From NCBI GenBank assembly GCA_035620695.1, contig DASPGI010000193.1, forward strand, positions 64,398 to 128,397: a DNA stretch of 64,000 nt, written 5' to 3'. Every line of letters begins with the position of its first letter. Position 1 is the first letter of the stretch. Below, piece by piece: positions 19,867 to 29,484 of this stretch. The notes beneath the pieces were generated by a model. That model searched no databases. It saw only the letters and a program-made list of their open reading frames with translations, and had not been told where the DNA came from. A program made the translations under genes and the position numbers. This stretch comes from Alphaproteobacteria bacterium (GTDB lineage: Bacteria; Pseudomonadota; Alphaproteobacteria; JAREAF01).

Positions 19867-21072
19867 GTGTCGCCTGCTCCAGTATCGTTGATCCGTGGAA
19901 ACGCCAGCTCCGCCTGGGGGCCCGATCTGTTACCGATCGGGCTGGTGCTTTCTTATGGCGCCTTGGTGCAACTGATTGCGGCGCGGCACGGCGCAGCAAG
20001 CCAGATCACCTGGACGCTCTACCTGCCCTATGCACTTCCCGCCATGTTGGCAGTCGCATCGGCAGGCTTGGCGATTCTCTCGGTTCAAGCGCTTCGACGT
20101 CATCCGGAGCTGCCGCTTGTCTCGGGGCTTCGGCTGGAACTGAGCCGCCTCGACATGGACGCCGTGGCGCTTCTGCGCAGTCTCGCGCTGCTGACGTTGC
20201 TCCCCGTGTTCTTATCCTTATTCAGCTCCTTCAAGGTTCTGATTCCATTGCTTCACCCCTTCGAGTGGGATTCGAACCTGGCGGAGCTGGACCGCGTCCT
20301 GCATGGCGGAGTGGATCCATGGCGTCATTTACAGCCGTTGCTTGATCAGCCCGCGGCGATTCGGCTGCTCGATTTCCTTTATCACCCCATCTGGTCGCTC
20401 ACGCTTTTGGCGCTTTGGACCTGGCAGTCGATGGATCGGCGGCGGCCGGACCTGCGGCTTCAGATGCTGCTTGCGGTGCCGCTGGTCTGGATCCTGGTGG
20501 GAAGTATCGCGGGCACGGTGTTTTCCTCGGCCGGGCCTTGTTATTTCGCAGAGGTCGGCGGTGCACCCGATCGCTTTGGTCCGCTGCTCGAGCAGCTTGC
20601 GGCCATCGATGCCGAGGCGCCACTGATGTCACAATCGGCGCAGCAAATGCTTTGGGAGCTCCACCGGGCTCGCTCGTTGGGCTTGGGCGGCGGCATTTCC
20701 GCCATGCCCAGCGTACATGTCGCCAGCGCTTTCCTGGTCGTATTGCTGGCGCGGCGATATGGCCGCACGGCACTCGTGATCGCGTTCGCATATTTTCTGT
20801 TTATGCTGGTGGGTTCGGTGGCGCTAGGCTGGCACTACGCCGTCGACGCATACGCCGGCATCGTTCTATCCTGCCCTGTGTGGATGGGCTGCGGTGCCGT
20901 TGCACGCCGGCTCTGGAATCCCGAGCATGCTGCAAGCGCAAGTTTGGGGCTCCCCTCGTTTTCAAGTTCGCGCGACATTGCCGCCGAGGCGGCGGAGACC
21001 CTGACGAGCCTTGACCAGCGCAGCCACTGCCAAACCTCCGAAGTCGGGCCTGCTTTCTCCAGCCGCGGTTAG
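19867..21072 (+). CDS. PAP2 superfamily membrane phosphatase
   Basis: PAP2 motifs SAMPSVHV (PSxH) and GWHYAVDAYAG (HxxxD) in a polytopic protein. GTG start. Confidence 0.8.
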   Translation: MSPAPVSLIRGNASSAWGPDLLPIGLVLSYGALVQLIAARHGAASQITWTLYLPYALPAMLAVASAGLAILSVQALRRHPELPLVSGLRLELSRLDMDAVALLRSLALLTLLPVFLSLFSSFKVLIPLLHPFEWDSNLAELDRVLHGGVDPWRHLQPLLDQPAAIRLLDFLYHPIWSLTLLALWTWQSMDRRRPDLRLQMLLAVPLVWILVGSIAGTVFSSAGPCYFAEVGGAPDRFGPLLEQLAAIDAEAPLMSQSAQQMLWELHRARSLGLGGGISAMPSVHVASAFLVVLLARRYGRTALVIAFAYFLFMLVGSVALGWHYAVDAYAGIVLSCPVWMGCGAVARRLWNPEHAASASLGLPSFSSSRDIAAEAAETLTSLDQRSHCQTSEVGPAFSSRG

Positions 21073-22714
21073 AACGCTTCGTGCGGCCACCGGCTCGGTG
21101 CTTTTCACATACATCCTCACCCACCTCATCAACCACGCTCTGGGCCTTGTCTCACTTGAGGCGATCGAGGCCGGACGAACAATGTTCCTGGCATTTTGGC
21201 GAAATCCCGTAGGCACGTTGCTCCTTTACGGGTCCTTCCTTATTCACGCGAGCCTGGCGTTTCGCAGCCTCTACCGCCGACGCAGCTTACGCATGCCCGG
21301 ATGGGAAGCCGCTCAGCTTCTGCTTGGCCTGGCGATACCGCCGTTGCTTTGGGAGCATGTTGTCGGCACTCGTATCTCCTATTCCCTCTCCGGATCGACC
21401 GATGACTATGCGCATGTGTTGGCTGTGCTCTGGACGCTTCAGCCGGATGCGGGATTCCGTCAGGTCGCGACCTTGCTTATCGCCTGGCTGCATGGCTGCA
21501 TCGGTCTGCATTATTGGCTCAGGCTGAAGAGTTGGTACGGTACTGCTTTGCCCTGGACCTACGGGGCTGCCCTTCTCGTCCCGATCTTCGCGCTGCTCGG
21601 GTTTGCCGCCGGTGGGCGGGAGGTTGGGGCGCTGATGGCCGATGAAACCTTCCGCACGCAACTTCTCGACGGATTCCCGGATCGGGCGGAGGTCGACCGG
21701 CTGACGGCGCTTCATGAGGGGGGCCTTATCTTCTACTTCGTGATGCTGCTTGGAACGCTTGCGGCGCGCCTGCTGCGCATTACCGCCGAGCGGCGCAACG
21801 CGGTGACGGTGAGCTATCCCGACGGACGGCGTATCGAGATCGGCCGGGGCGCCACGTTGCTCGAAGCCAGCCGTGCGGCAGGGGTCCCCCACGCCTCCAT
21901 TTGCGGGGGGCGGGGCCGGTGCTCGACCTGCCGGGTACGCGTCGTGCGCGGCCAGGACCACCTGCCCCCTCCAAGTGAAGACGAGCTTCGGGTTCTCCAT
22001 CGGATCGGGGCAGGCTCGGGAACCCGTCTGGCATGTCAGGCGCGGCCGACGGGGCCGGTCGAGATCGTTCCGCTCCTACCCCCGCATGCGGGACCGGCTG
22101 ATGCACGCGGCAGGCCCGCTTACCTGCATGGCGCCGAACAAGAGATCGCGATTCTCTTCTGCGATTTGCGCGCCTTCACCAATCTGGCCGAGCACCGGCT
22201 ACCCTTCGATCTTGTGTTTCTGTTGAACCGGTTCTTCCGGTCCATGGGAGAAGCAGTCGAGGAAGCAGGCGGCCGAGTCGACAAATTCATTGGCGACGGC
22301 GTGATGGCTCTGTTCGGGATCGGCTCCACGCCCGCCCAGGGCTGCCAGAATGCGCTGGAAGCCGCTCGGCGAATGGCGCTGCACCTGGCGGAGATCAACG
22401 TTTCGCTCTCTCACGATCTTCCCGAGCCATTGCGAATCGGCATCGGCATTCACGCGGGACCGGCAATCATCGGTGAGATGGGCTACGGCCGCGCCACCGG
22501 CCTGACCGCAATTGGAGATGCGGTCAACGCGGCAAGTCGGTTGGAGGCTCTCACCAAGGAGTTTGCGTGCCAACTCGTGGTCTCGCAAACCGTCGCCGAT
22601 CTTGCCGGAGTGGCGCTTGACGAGCACCCCACCCGCGAAGTGACCTTGCGCGGCCGCCGCGAGCCGATATCAGTACGGATCGTGGTGGATGCGGCAGCTC
22701 TTTCCTTCCGGTGA
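21011..22714 (+). CDS. cyaC: CyaC-type membrane adenylate cyclase with a 6TM His-rich (diheme-B-like) domain, a 2Fe-2S ferredoxin domain and a class III cyclase domain
   Basis: TM His signatures LTHLINH, FLIHASL, WLHGCIGLHYW. Ferredoxin Cys motif ICGGRGRCSTCR...LACQ. CYCc motifs FCDLRAFTNL and DKFIGDGVMALFG. Overlaps the PAP2 gene by about 60 nt. Confidence 0.85.
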   Translation: MTSAATAKPPKSGLLSPAAVRTLRAATGSVLFTYILTHLINHALGLVSLEAIEAGRTMFLAFWRNPVGTLLLYGSFLIHASLAFRSLYRRRSLRMPGWEAAQLLLGLAIPPLLWEHVVGTRISYSLSGSTDDYAHVLAVLWTLQPDAGFRQVATLLIAWLHGCIGLHYWLRLKSWYGTALPWTYGAALLVPIFALLGFAAGGREVGALMADETFRTQLLDGFPDRAEVDRLTALHEGGLIFYFVMLLGTLAARLLRITAERRNAVTVSYPDGRRIEIGRGATLLEASRAAGVPHASICGGRGRCSTCRVRVVRGQDHLPPPSEDELRVLHRIGAGSGTRLACQARPTGPVEIVPLLPPHAGPADARGRPAYLHGAEQEIAILFCDLRAFTNLAEHRLPFDLVFLLNRFFRSMGEAVEEAGGRVDKFIGDGVMALFGIGSTPAQGCQNALEAARRMALHLAEINVSLSHDLPEPLRIGIGIHAGPAIIGEMGYGRATGLTAIGDAVNAASRLEALTKEFACQLVVSQTVADLAGVALDEHPTREVTLRGRREPISVRIVVDAAALSFR

Positions 22715-22736
22715 AGCCGGCGTCAGCCGCGCTTGT

Positions 22737-23114
22737 TCAGCGCCCCGTTGGGCCAAGCCGGAGACGCGCCCCTGCGATCGCCGCGGCAAGCCGCTGCTTG
22801 TCAAACGGCTTCAAGACCAGACCGACGGGATCAGCGCCCTGAGCGCGGCTCAGGGTGGCGCGGTCACCATAGGCGGTCACGAACAATGAGCGAATGCCGA
22901 AATTATCCAGAATCTGCCGGGCGGCTCCAATTCCATCCCCGCCGCGGCCCAGATTGACATCCATGAGCACAATGTCAGGGCGGCACAAGCCCGCCAAGTT
23001 TAACGCGGCGGCTGCGCTGGTGGCATGACCACAGACCTCGTAACCAAGTTCGATCAGCAGATGCTGCAAATAGTCGGCTGTCAGTACCTCGTCTTCCACA
23101 ATCAGCACCCGCAT
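22737..23114 (-). CDS. Single-domain response regulator (receiver only)
   Basis: MRVLIVEDE...DVNLGRGGDG...LKPF gives a CheY-like receiver of 125 aa. Convergent with the cyclase gene. Confidence 0.8.
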   Translation of the reverse strand: MRVLIVEDEVLTADYLQHLLIELGYEVCGHATSAAAALNLAGLCRPDIVLMDVNLGRGGDGIGAARQILDNFGIRSLFVTAYGDRATLSRAQGADPVGLVLKPFDKQRLAAAIAGARLRLGPTGR

Positions 23115-23756
23115 TAGCGGCTGCTGGGCGGTCTCTTCTTTTTCCGCGCCGCTGCCACTACCCGGATCGCTGCCTTGGGAGACCGGCAAAAGCCATATCG
23201 GCAGGTTGGCAGCGAACGCAACAGCCGACTCTCCACGGGTCCACCGCCCTTGATAAGGATGACCCGCTGCTGCTTCCACCCGCGTCATTGTCGAAAGGTA
23301 CCAAACAATTGGAAGGATTTCGATATGGATACTTAAACTGGCCTCGGCCGCAGCCACCGTCGGGTAGTCGTCCGACCGCATGGTCTTGGTCGTAGTCAGG
23401 CCGTACGGACCCCGCGAACGCCGCATCCATGACCTCCGCAAGCGACGGCGGGATGGTTCCTCATCCTCGTGCAACCGAAGCACAGAGTCTGCGTTTCTAT
23501 GTCTTCCTGTGGCGCAGTTTTTCAGGGCGGCCCGCCACGGCGAGGCGCGCCGGAGGAAGCGGCATGGGCGTCCAACCGGTCCTGCTCCAGACGAACATCC
23601 CGACGACTCAACCGCTTCAGCCCGCTTGGGGCGCGGGGCGCTGGCCGACCCGCAGCACTATGCCCTCAACGGCGCGGCTTGGCTCAGCCACCCGCTGGCA
23701 ATGCTCAATGACACACATGGCGCAACATCGAGTGCTCGGTCTAAAGGAGTCAAACA

Positions 23757-24593
23757 ATGACCACCATTACCACGCACGACGACGTCGAAATCTTCTACAA
23801 GGACTGGGGCCCGAAGGACGCACAGCCGATCGTCTTCCATCACGGATGGCCGCTGAGCGCCGACGATTGGGATACCCAGATGCTCTATTTCTTATCGAAG
23901 GGCTATCGTGTGATCGCGCATGACCGCCGGGGGCATGGCCGCTCGACGCAGGTCAGCGGCGGTCATGACATGGATCACTATGCCGCGGACACCTCCGCGG
24001 TCGTTGAGCATCTCGATCTCAAGAATGCCGTGCATGTGGGCCATTCGACCGGCGGCGGACAGGCCACGCGCTATGTCGCCCGTCACGGCCAGCCGCAGGG
24101 TCGCGTCGCCAAGCTGGTGCTGATCGGCGCCGTGCCCCCGATCATGGTGAAGACTGCTGCTAATCCTGGTGGTCTACCGATCAAGGTATTCGATGGCTTG
24201 CGCCAGCAGCTCGCCGCCAACCGGTCGCAGTTCTATATCGACCTGCCGACCGGCCCCTTCTACAGCTTCAACCGACCCGGCACCATGCCGTCGCAGCCGA
24301 TCATTTTGAACTGGTGGCGCCAAGCGATGATGGGCGGGGCGAAGGCGCACTACGATGGCATCAAGGCTTTCTCGGAGACGGATTTCACCGAGGACCTGAA
24401 GGTCATCACCGTTCCGACCTTCGTGATGCACGGCGAAGACGACCAAATCGTGCCGATCGCGGATTCCGCGCCCCTCTCGGCCAAGCTGCTTAAGAACAGC
24501 ACGCTGAAGATCTATGAGAAGTTTCCACACGGCATGTGCACGACGCACGCTGAGGTCGTGAACCCCGACCTGCTGGCCTTCATCAAGCGGTGA
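23757..24593 (+). CDS. Non-haem chloroperoxidase / alpha/beta hydrolase
   Basis: [12 protein letters not shown] and GHSTGGG nucleophile elbow, with high similarity to bacterial non-haem haloperoxidases. RBS AAGGAG. Confidence 0.85.
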   Translation: MTTITTHDDVEIFYKDWGPKDAQPIVFHHGWPLSADDWDTQMLYFLSKGYRVIAHDRRGHGRSTQVSGGHDMDHYAADTSAVVEHLDLKNAVHVGHSTGGGQATRYVARHGQPQGRVAKLVLIGAVPPIMVKTAANPGGLPIKVFDGLRQQLAANRSQFYIDLPTGPFYSFNRPGTMPSQPIILNWWRQAMMGGAKAHYDGIKAFSETDFTEDLKVITVPTFVMHGEDDQIVPIADSAPLSAKLLKNSTLKIYEKFPHGMCTTHAEVVNPDLLAFIKR

Positions 24594-24693
24594 GGAGTTA
24601 ACACCGCAAGAGAGCGCGCAGCCGCTCGACGCGAGGAGGTTGCGCACGCCCGAGCCTCTTGTATCGCCAACAGATTCAAGCTCGGAGGAGAAA

Positions 24694-25455
24694 ATGAAGA
24701 TCGTCGTAATCGGAGGCACGGGGCTTATCGGCTCGAAAACGATCGTGCTCCTGCGCGGCGCCGGTCACGATGCGCTGGCCGCCGCACCGAACACGGGCGT
24801 CAACACCGTGACGGGGGAAGGCCTTGAGGCGGCATTGGACGCCGCCGAGGTTGTCGTTGACCTTGCCAATTCTCCATCCTTCGAGCCCTCGGCCGTGATG
24901 GACTTTTTTACGGCGCACGAGAAGAACCTTTGTGCCGCGGAAGCGCGCACCGGCGTCCGGCATCACGTCGCACTCTCCATCGTGGGCACCGATCGTTCGC
25001 CGGACAGCGGGTACTTTCGGGCGAAGATCGCCCAGGAGGATCTGATCAAGGCCTCGGGCATCCCCTACACGATCATTCGGTCGACCCAGTTCATGGAGTT
25101 CCTCGGAGCCATTGCCGATGCAGGCGAGGCGGACGGCGTCGTCAACATCGCGACCGGCCTGTTTCAGCCAATTGCCGCAGATGACGTCGCCGCCGTCGTG
25201 GCCACGGTGGCGACATCTGCGCCGCGCAACGGTACGATCGAGATCGCCGGATCGGAAAGGGCGCCCTTCAACGAGATCGTCGAGAGATACCTCGAGATGA
25301 TGGGCGACAAACGCCGCGTCCGTGCCGATCCGGAGGCCCGCTACTTCGGAGCAAAAGTCGAACGCCTCTCTCTCGTTCCCATGGGCAACGCTCAGCTCGG
25401 CAAGACTAAGCTCGCCGATTGGATCAAGCGCAAGCTCGCGACGAGAGCATCGTAA
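24694..25455 (+). CDS. NAD(P)-binding NmrA/SDR-like oxidoreductase
   Basis: Rossmann motif VIGGTGLIGSK. RBS GGAGGAG upstream of ATG 24694. Confidence 0.75.
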   Translation: MKIVVIGGTGLIGSKTIVLLRGAGHDALAAAPNTGVNTVTGEGLEAALDAAEVVVDLANSPSFEPSAVMDFFTAHEKNLCAAEARTGVRHHVALSIVGTDRSPDSGYFRAKIAQEDLIKASGIPYTIIRSTQFMEFLGAIADAGEADGVVNIATGLFQPIAADDVAAVVATVATSAPRNGTIEIAGSERAPFNEIVERYLEMMGDKRRVRADPEARYFGAKVERLSLVPMGNAQLGKTKLADWIKRKLATRAS

Positions 25456-25483
25456 CAACAGGTTCCGACTTTCGGAGAGAGCC

Positions 25484-25930
25484 ATGAAAGCGACGATTCA
25501 CGCGTTGGCTGCATTGATTCTGTTGGCGGCAACCCAGGCCCTCGCCCAAGAGGCCGAGCCTGGCCAGTCGATCAAATTAGGTGGCTCCAAGGATGCGACG
25601 GTGACCGTCGTCTACCAGCACGAGCTGCCGAACGTTCCGGGCAAGAGCATCAAGGGGGTGCTCGTCGAATACCGGCCGGGCGGCTACTCGCCTGGCCACA
25701 CGCATCCCAAATCCGCCTTCATCTACGCGACGGTGCTCGAGGGGGCGATCGAAAGTCAGGTCAACGACGGACCGGTGACGACCTACACGGCCGGACAGAA
25801 CTGGTCCGAGCAGCCCGGCGACCGCCACAGCGTCAGCGCCAATGCCAGCGAGACGGAGCCGGCCAAGCTCCTCGCGGTGTTCGTGGTGGACACCAACGAG
25901 ACGGAACTGGTGACCCCATTCGAGAACTGA
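25484..25930 (+). CDS. Secreted cupin domain protein
   Basis: Signal peptide MKATIHALAALILLAATQALA. Cupin core GYSPGHTHPKSAFIYATVLEG. Confidence 0.7.
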   Translation: MKATIHALAALILLAATQALAQEAEPGQSIKLGGSKDATVTVVYQHELPNVPGKSIKGVLVEYRPGGYSPGHTHPKSAFIYATVLEGAIESQVNDGPVTTYTAGQNWSEQPGDRHSVSANASETEPAKLLAVFVVDTNETELVTPFEN

Positions 25931-25969
25931 GACTTTCTGTCGATCGGACCAACCGCCAAAATTCTACGT

Positions 25970-27193
25970 TCAGGGAAGCTCGGCACGCGCCCGATCGGGA
26001 CCGTGTGGAACGCTCCAGGTCCCATCGGAAGCCCGGCAAGCGATCCCAGGGTAGACCCGCTTCATGCCTTCTGCATCGAATCGGGTGGCGGCGAAACGTC
26101 GGCAAGGCTCGGCGCCATTAAAATCCGTCTCCGCCAGCGCCTCGATCTCAATATGCCCGGGAAGCGCACTGCTTTCCCAGTTGACGCGGCCGCCCAAAGA
26201 CTCGTTTTCGAGGGTATGCTGCAAAGCCCAGCCTAGACCTGCGCGCGCCGCCGCGGGCCAGTCGCGCCCACCGAGCTCCACCGCCACCAGCTCGACCGAC
26301 TCCACTTTCTCCTCGCCGGTCCTTTCCATGCGCCGGACAAAATGGCCGACGGCTGGAGCGTAGTTCCAGCCCATCATCCGTTTGGGACCGGAGGGCTGAC
26401 GGAAGGCATCGCAGATGATCGGGAGCGTATCGAAGGTGCCGGCGGGCACCGTGACCCGAACGGGCGAGCGCACCTTGCAGTGCCACAGCTCGAAGATGTC
26501 CTCAGGCCGCGTGCTCGAGACCATCCTCGTGGCGCTGATGGAAAACCGCGCTTCGGTTCCTGGCTTGAGCGGCCAGAGCAGATCGAAAGGCGCCTCCGCC
26601 TCAGCGGACCCGGATCCGTGCTCGCCGAACCACGCGAAGGGAGGCAGAACGAAGTTCCACGGGGCGGTCCGCCGCGTGCCGTCGCTCGATTCCCAGACCA
26701 CGCGACCGCTTTCCAGAGCCAAGACCGTTTCCGAAATCCCGTTCGAATAGTAGAAGCGGTCTCCCGCCTCATAGACCGGTTGAACCAGTCCACTATAGGA
26801 CGACAAGCGCCGGCGGGCCCCTGCCGCGGAATCGACGATCGTCTGCACCAACTCGTGCGTGAGATCGCCGGTGATTTGCAGATCGCTGTCTTTCTGGAAG
26901 GCGCGGATGGCAGCCTTGGTCTTGGGGCCCGCAATCCCATCCACGCCCGCCTCGTAATAGCCAAGCTCGAACAATGCCAGCTGCACGCTTCTGATATCGA
27001 CCGAACCGGCAGCGGTCTCGAGTTGGGATGCAACCGACACAACCGGCTTGGCCGCTGGCGTTGGAGGCGCCGGCCCCGATTGGGACAGCGACCCGCAGGC
27101 CTGGAGAAGAAGGACCACGACGAGGCAGGCCCCGCCCAGCTTGCGAGCAGGCCCGCAGTAGATTCGCTCGATGGCGACCATAGGCAGGGTCAT
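25970..27193 (-). CDS. Peptidoglycan-binding lipoprotein with tandem repeat C-terminal domains
   Basis: Lipobox-like LLLQAC. PG_binding_1 motif LALFELGYYEAGVDGIAGPKTKAAIRAFQ. Internal repeats GRVVWESSDG and GRVNWESSAL. ATGA overlap with the upstream kinase gene. Confidence 0.7.
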   Translation of the reverse strand: MTLPMVAIERIYCGPARKLGGACLVVVLLLQACGSLSQSGPAPPTPAAKPVVSVASQLETAAGSVDIRSVQLALFELGYYEAGVDGIAGPKTKAAIRAFQKDSDLQITGDLTHELVQTIVDSAAGARRRLSSYSGLVQPVYEAGDRFYYSNGISETVLALESGRVVWESSDGTRRTAPWNFVLPPFAWFGEHGSGSAEAEAPFDLLWPLKPGTEARFSISATRMVSSTRPEDIFELWHCKVRSPVRVTVPAGTFDTLPIICDAFRQPSGPKRMMGWNYAPAVGHFVRRMERTGEEKVESVELVAVELGGRDWPAAARAGLGWALQHTLENESLGGRVNWESSALPGHIEIEALAETDFNGAEPCRRFAATRFDAEGMKRVYPGIACRASDGTWSVPHGPDRARAELP

Positions 27194-29190
27194 CGGGGAC
27201 GCCGATCGATTCGGCGCTCCACGGGCAAGCGCACGATCACCGTGGTGCCCATGCCAACCGCACTGCGCAGGATCAACTCGCCGCCATGCAGATCCACGAG
27301 CCGCTTCGTCAAGGTCAGGCCAAGGCCGGTCCCCTCGAACCGCCTTGCAAGCGAGGTATCGACCTGGACGAACGGCTCGCAGACACGCTCCAGGTCATTT
27401 GCGGGGATCCCTATTCCGGTATCGGCGACCGTGACCGTCGGCATGCCCTCATCCACGCCGACCGAAGCCGTAACGCGGCCACCTCCGGGCGTGAACTTCA
27501 CCGCGTTTGAAAGCAGATTGACCAGAATCTGCTTCATGGCCCGGGCGTCGGCCAAGACACAGAGAATCTCGGCCGGGAATTCGGTGATCAGCGTCAGGCC
27601 CGCCGCCTCGGCGCGCGGGCGGATGAGCCGGACGGCCGACTGCACCACGGACCCGATGTCGATCTCCTCCTCGACCAGCGTCAGGTTGCCGGTCTCGATC
27701 CGCGACAGGTCAAGGATGTCATTGATGATCTTCAGGAGATAGTGGCCGCTATCCCGAATGTCCGAGGCATAGTCAAGATACTGAGCCTTGCCGATCGGAC
27801 CCAGAGTCTGATTGGCGAGGATGTCCGAGAAGCCGATGATCGCGTTCAACGGGGTCTTCAACTCATGGCTGACCATGGCCAGAAACTCCGACTTGGCGCG
27901 GTTCGCCAGCTCGGCTGTTTCCTTCGCATGTCGTAGATTGATTTCTGCCCGCCGACGTTCGGAGATCTCTGTCTGCAGATCCCGGTTCGCGTTGGCAAGT
28001 TCGGTGGTACGCGCCTGCACCGCCCGTTCGATGCCGCGGCGACGCAGTATCGTGGCGGCCATGTGCTGAAGCAGCAGCCCGGTCAGCAAGAGGCTGATCA
28101 ACGCAACTCCCCAAGGCAGCGCGTCTTGAGGACGGGCGGTAGTGCTCGCCAGCGGCGCGACTTCGATCCTCCATGTGCCTCCTGACATTTCGAAACTCGA
28201 GGCATGAATAAAATCGCGGGAAGATTGGCCTTGCGCCTGCATACTCGTGTCCCAGCCCCGCGCATAGAGCACCGGATTAAAGGAAGCCGGCATCTCGTCG
28301 ATCATTCGCACGGCCAGGGTAGACGGTCCCATGGCTTCAAGCGCCGCATCGACCATTGTGCCGATCCGGATCGCTCCAATGGCAAAGCCGAGCAACGTCT
28401 CGTGCCGCTCTTCGACAGGCTTTTGGGTGATTTCGCCATCGAAGAGCGGGAGCACGAACCAGAAATCGGCTTCTCGCGCCGCAACGGGGGTGCCGGGCGG
28501 AAGTCTGGCTCCAAGTATGCGGCCATGCTGTTCCGCCCGTGAAAGAATGGCCCTCGCAACCGGATCGGAGGCCAAATCGAAGCCGAGCAGTTGGTCGTGT
28601 CCTTCGAACGGCTCGACATAGTAGACCGGGAAGAACTCGGGTCGATCGGCGGCCGGCACCAGCTCGGAATCGGAACCGAGCTCACGAATGCGCAGCCCAA
28701 ACAGACCGTCAACCTGTGCGCGCCGCTCGTATCTTGCCCGATACTGGATCGGCACGCGCGGGACCCATTCGAGCGCGGCAAAGCCCGGATAGCGGGGTAA
28801 TGTGCGCTCTGCGAAACGCAGAAACTCCCATCGATCGACGCCCCGCGAGGCCGACACGAAGGCCGCCATGGCGTTCAGCGCTTCGGCATATTGGCGGACG
28901 CCATCCCGCAGAGCGCCCGCATAGCCGGCCGCCTCCACTTCGAAGTTGCGCCGCTCCAGGCCGACAAGATGATCCCTGGCGGCCAGGAAACCGCCGAGCG
29001 CGATTGCGCCGCCGCAGGCAAGGACGAGCGCGCCCGGAATAAGATCTCGCCACGAGCCGATCGCCGTCAAATTTCGGGCGCGATGGGCCATCCTGCGCCC
29101 GAATTCGATCCTCGTCGCGGACCGCAGTAGATTGGGGAAGGCTTCGACGGCCATGCGCAAAGGGATTTGACTGCCCCGATCGTGGGGCAC
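27190..29190 (-). CDS. Sensor histidine kinase with periplasmic CHASE domain (no receiver)
   Basis: CHASE motifs (ALEWVPRV, YYVEPFEGHDQLLGFDLASDP). HisKA H-box FLAMVSHELKTPLNAI. HATPase N/G boxes. The start is GTG at 29190, or ATG at 29091 just before TM1. Confidence 0.85.
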   Translation of the reverse strand: MPHDRGSQIPLRMAVEAFPNLLRSATRIEFGRRMAHRARNLTAIGSWRDLIPGALVLACGGAIALGGFLAARDHLVGLERRNFEVEAAGYAGALRDGVRQYAEALNAMAAFVSASRGVDRWEFLRFAERTLPRYPGFAALEWVPRVPIQYRARYERRAQVDGLFGLRIRELGSDSELVPAADRPEFFPVYYVEPFEGHDQLLGFDLASDPVARAILSRAEQHGRILGARLPPGTPVAAREADFWFVLPLFDGEITQKPVEERHETLLGFAIGAIRIGTMVDAALEAMGPSTLAVRMIDEMPASFNPVLYARGWDTSMQAQGQSSRDFIHASSFEMSGGTWRIEVAPLASTTARPQDALPWGVALISLLLTGLLLQHMAATILRRRGIERAVQARTTELANANRDLQTEISERRRAEINLRHAKETAELANRAKSEFLAMVSHELKTPLNAIIGFSDILANQTLGPIGKAQYLDYASDIRDSGHYLLKIINDILDLSRIETGNLTLVEEEIDIGSVVQSAVRLIRPRAEAAGLTLITEFPAEILCVLADARAMKQILVNLLSNAVKFTPGGGRVTASVGVDEGMPTVTVADTGIGIPANDLERVCEPFVQVDTSLARRFEGTGLGLTLTKRLVDLHGGELILRSAVGMGTTVIVRLPVERRIDRRPR

Positions 29191-29484
29191 CCACCAACCC
29201 CTCCTCGTTTCTGAACCTAATATTACCGAGCTAAAGCAATTTAAGCTAACATACCCTTAAGGAAAGAAATAACAACTGTTACCACAGCATTCGATCCGAT
29301 CAAGGGCAAGCAGGCAACATCAATCGGGATCAAAAGCTTTCATAGGCGCCGTTTCCGGCTGTCGGCAAGGGTCTGGACATAGAGCGGGATGTGTCAGAAC
29401 GGCCTCGTTGCCCACCCGTCGCGTTTCCGACATGCTTCAGCAGCTTCACGTGCCGGCGTGGATAGATCGAACTGGGAGACGCCG

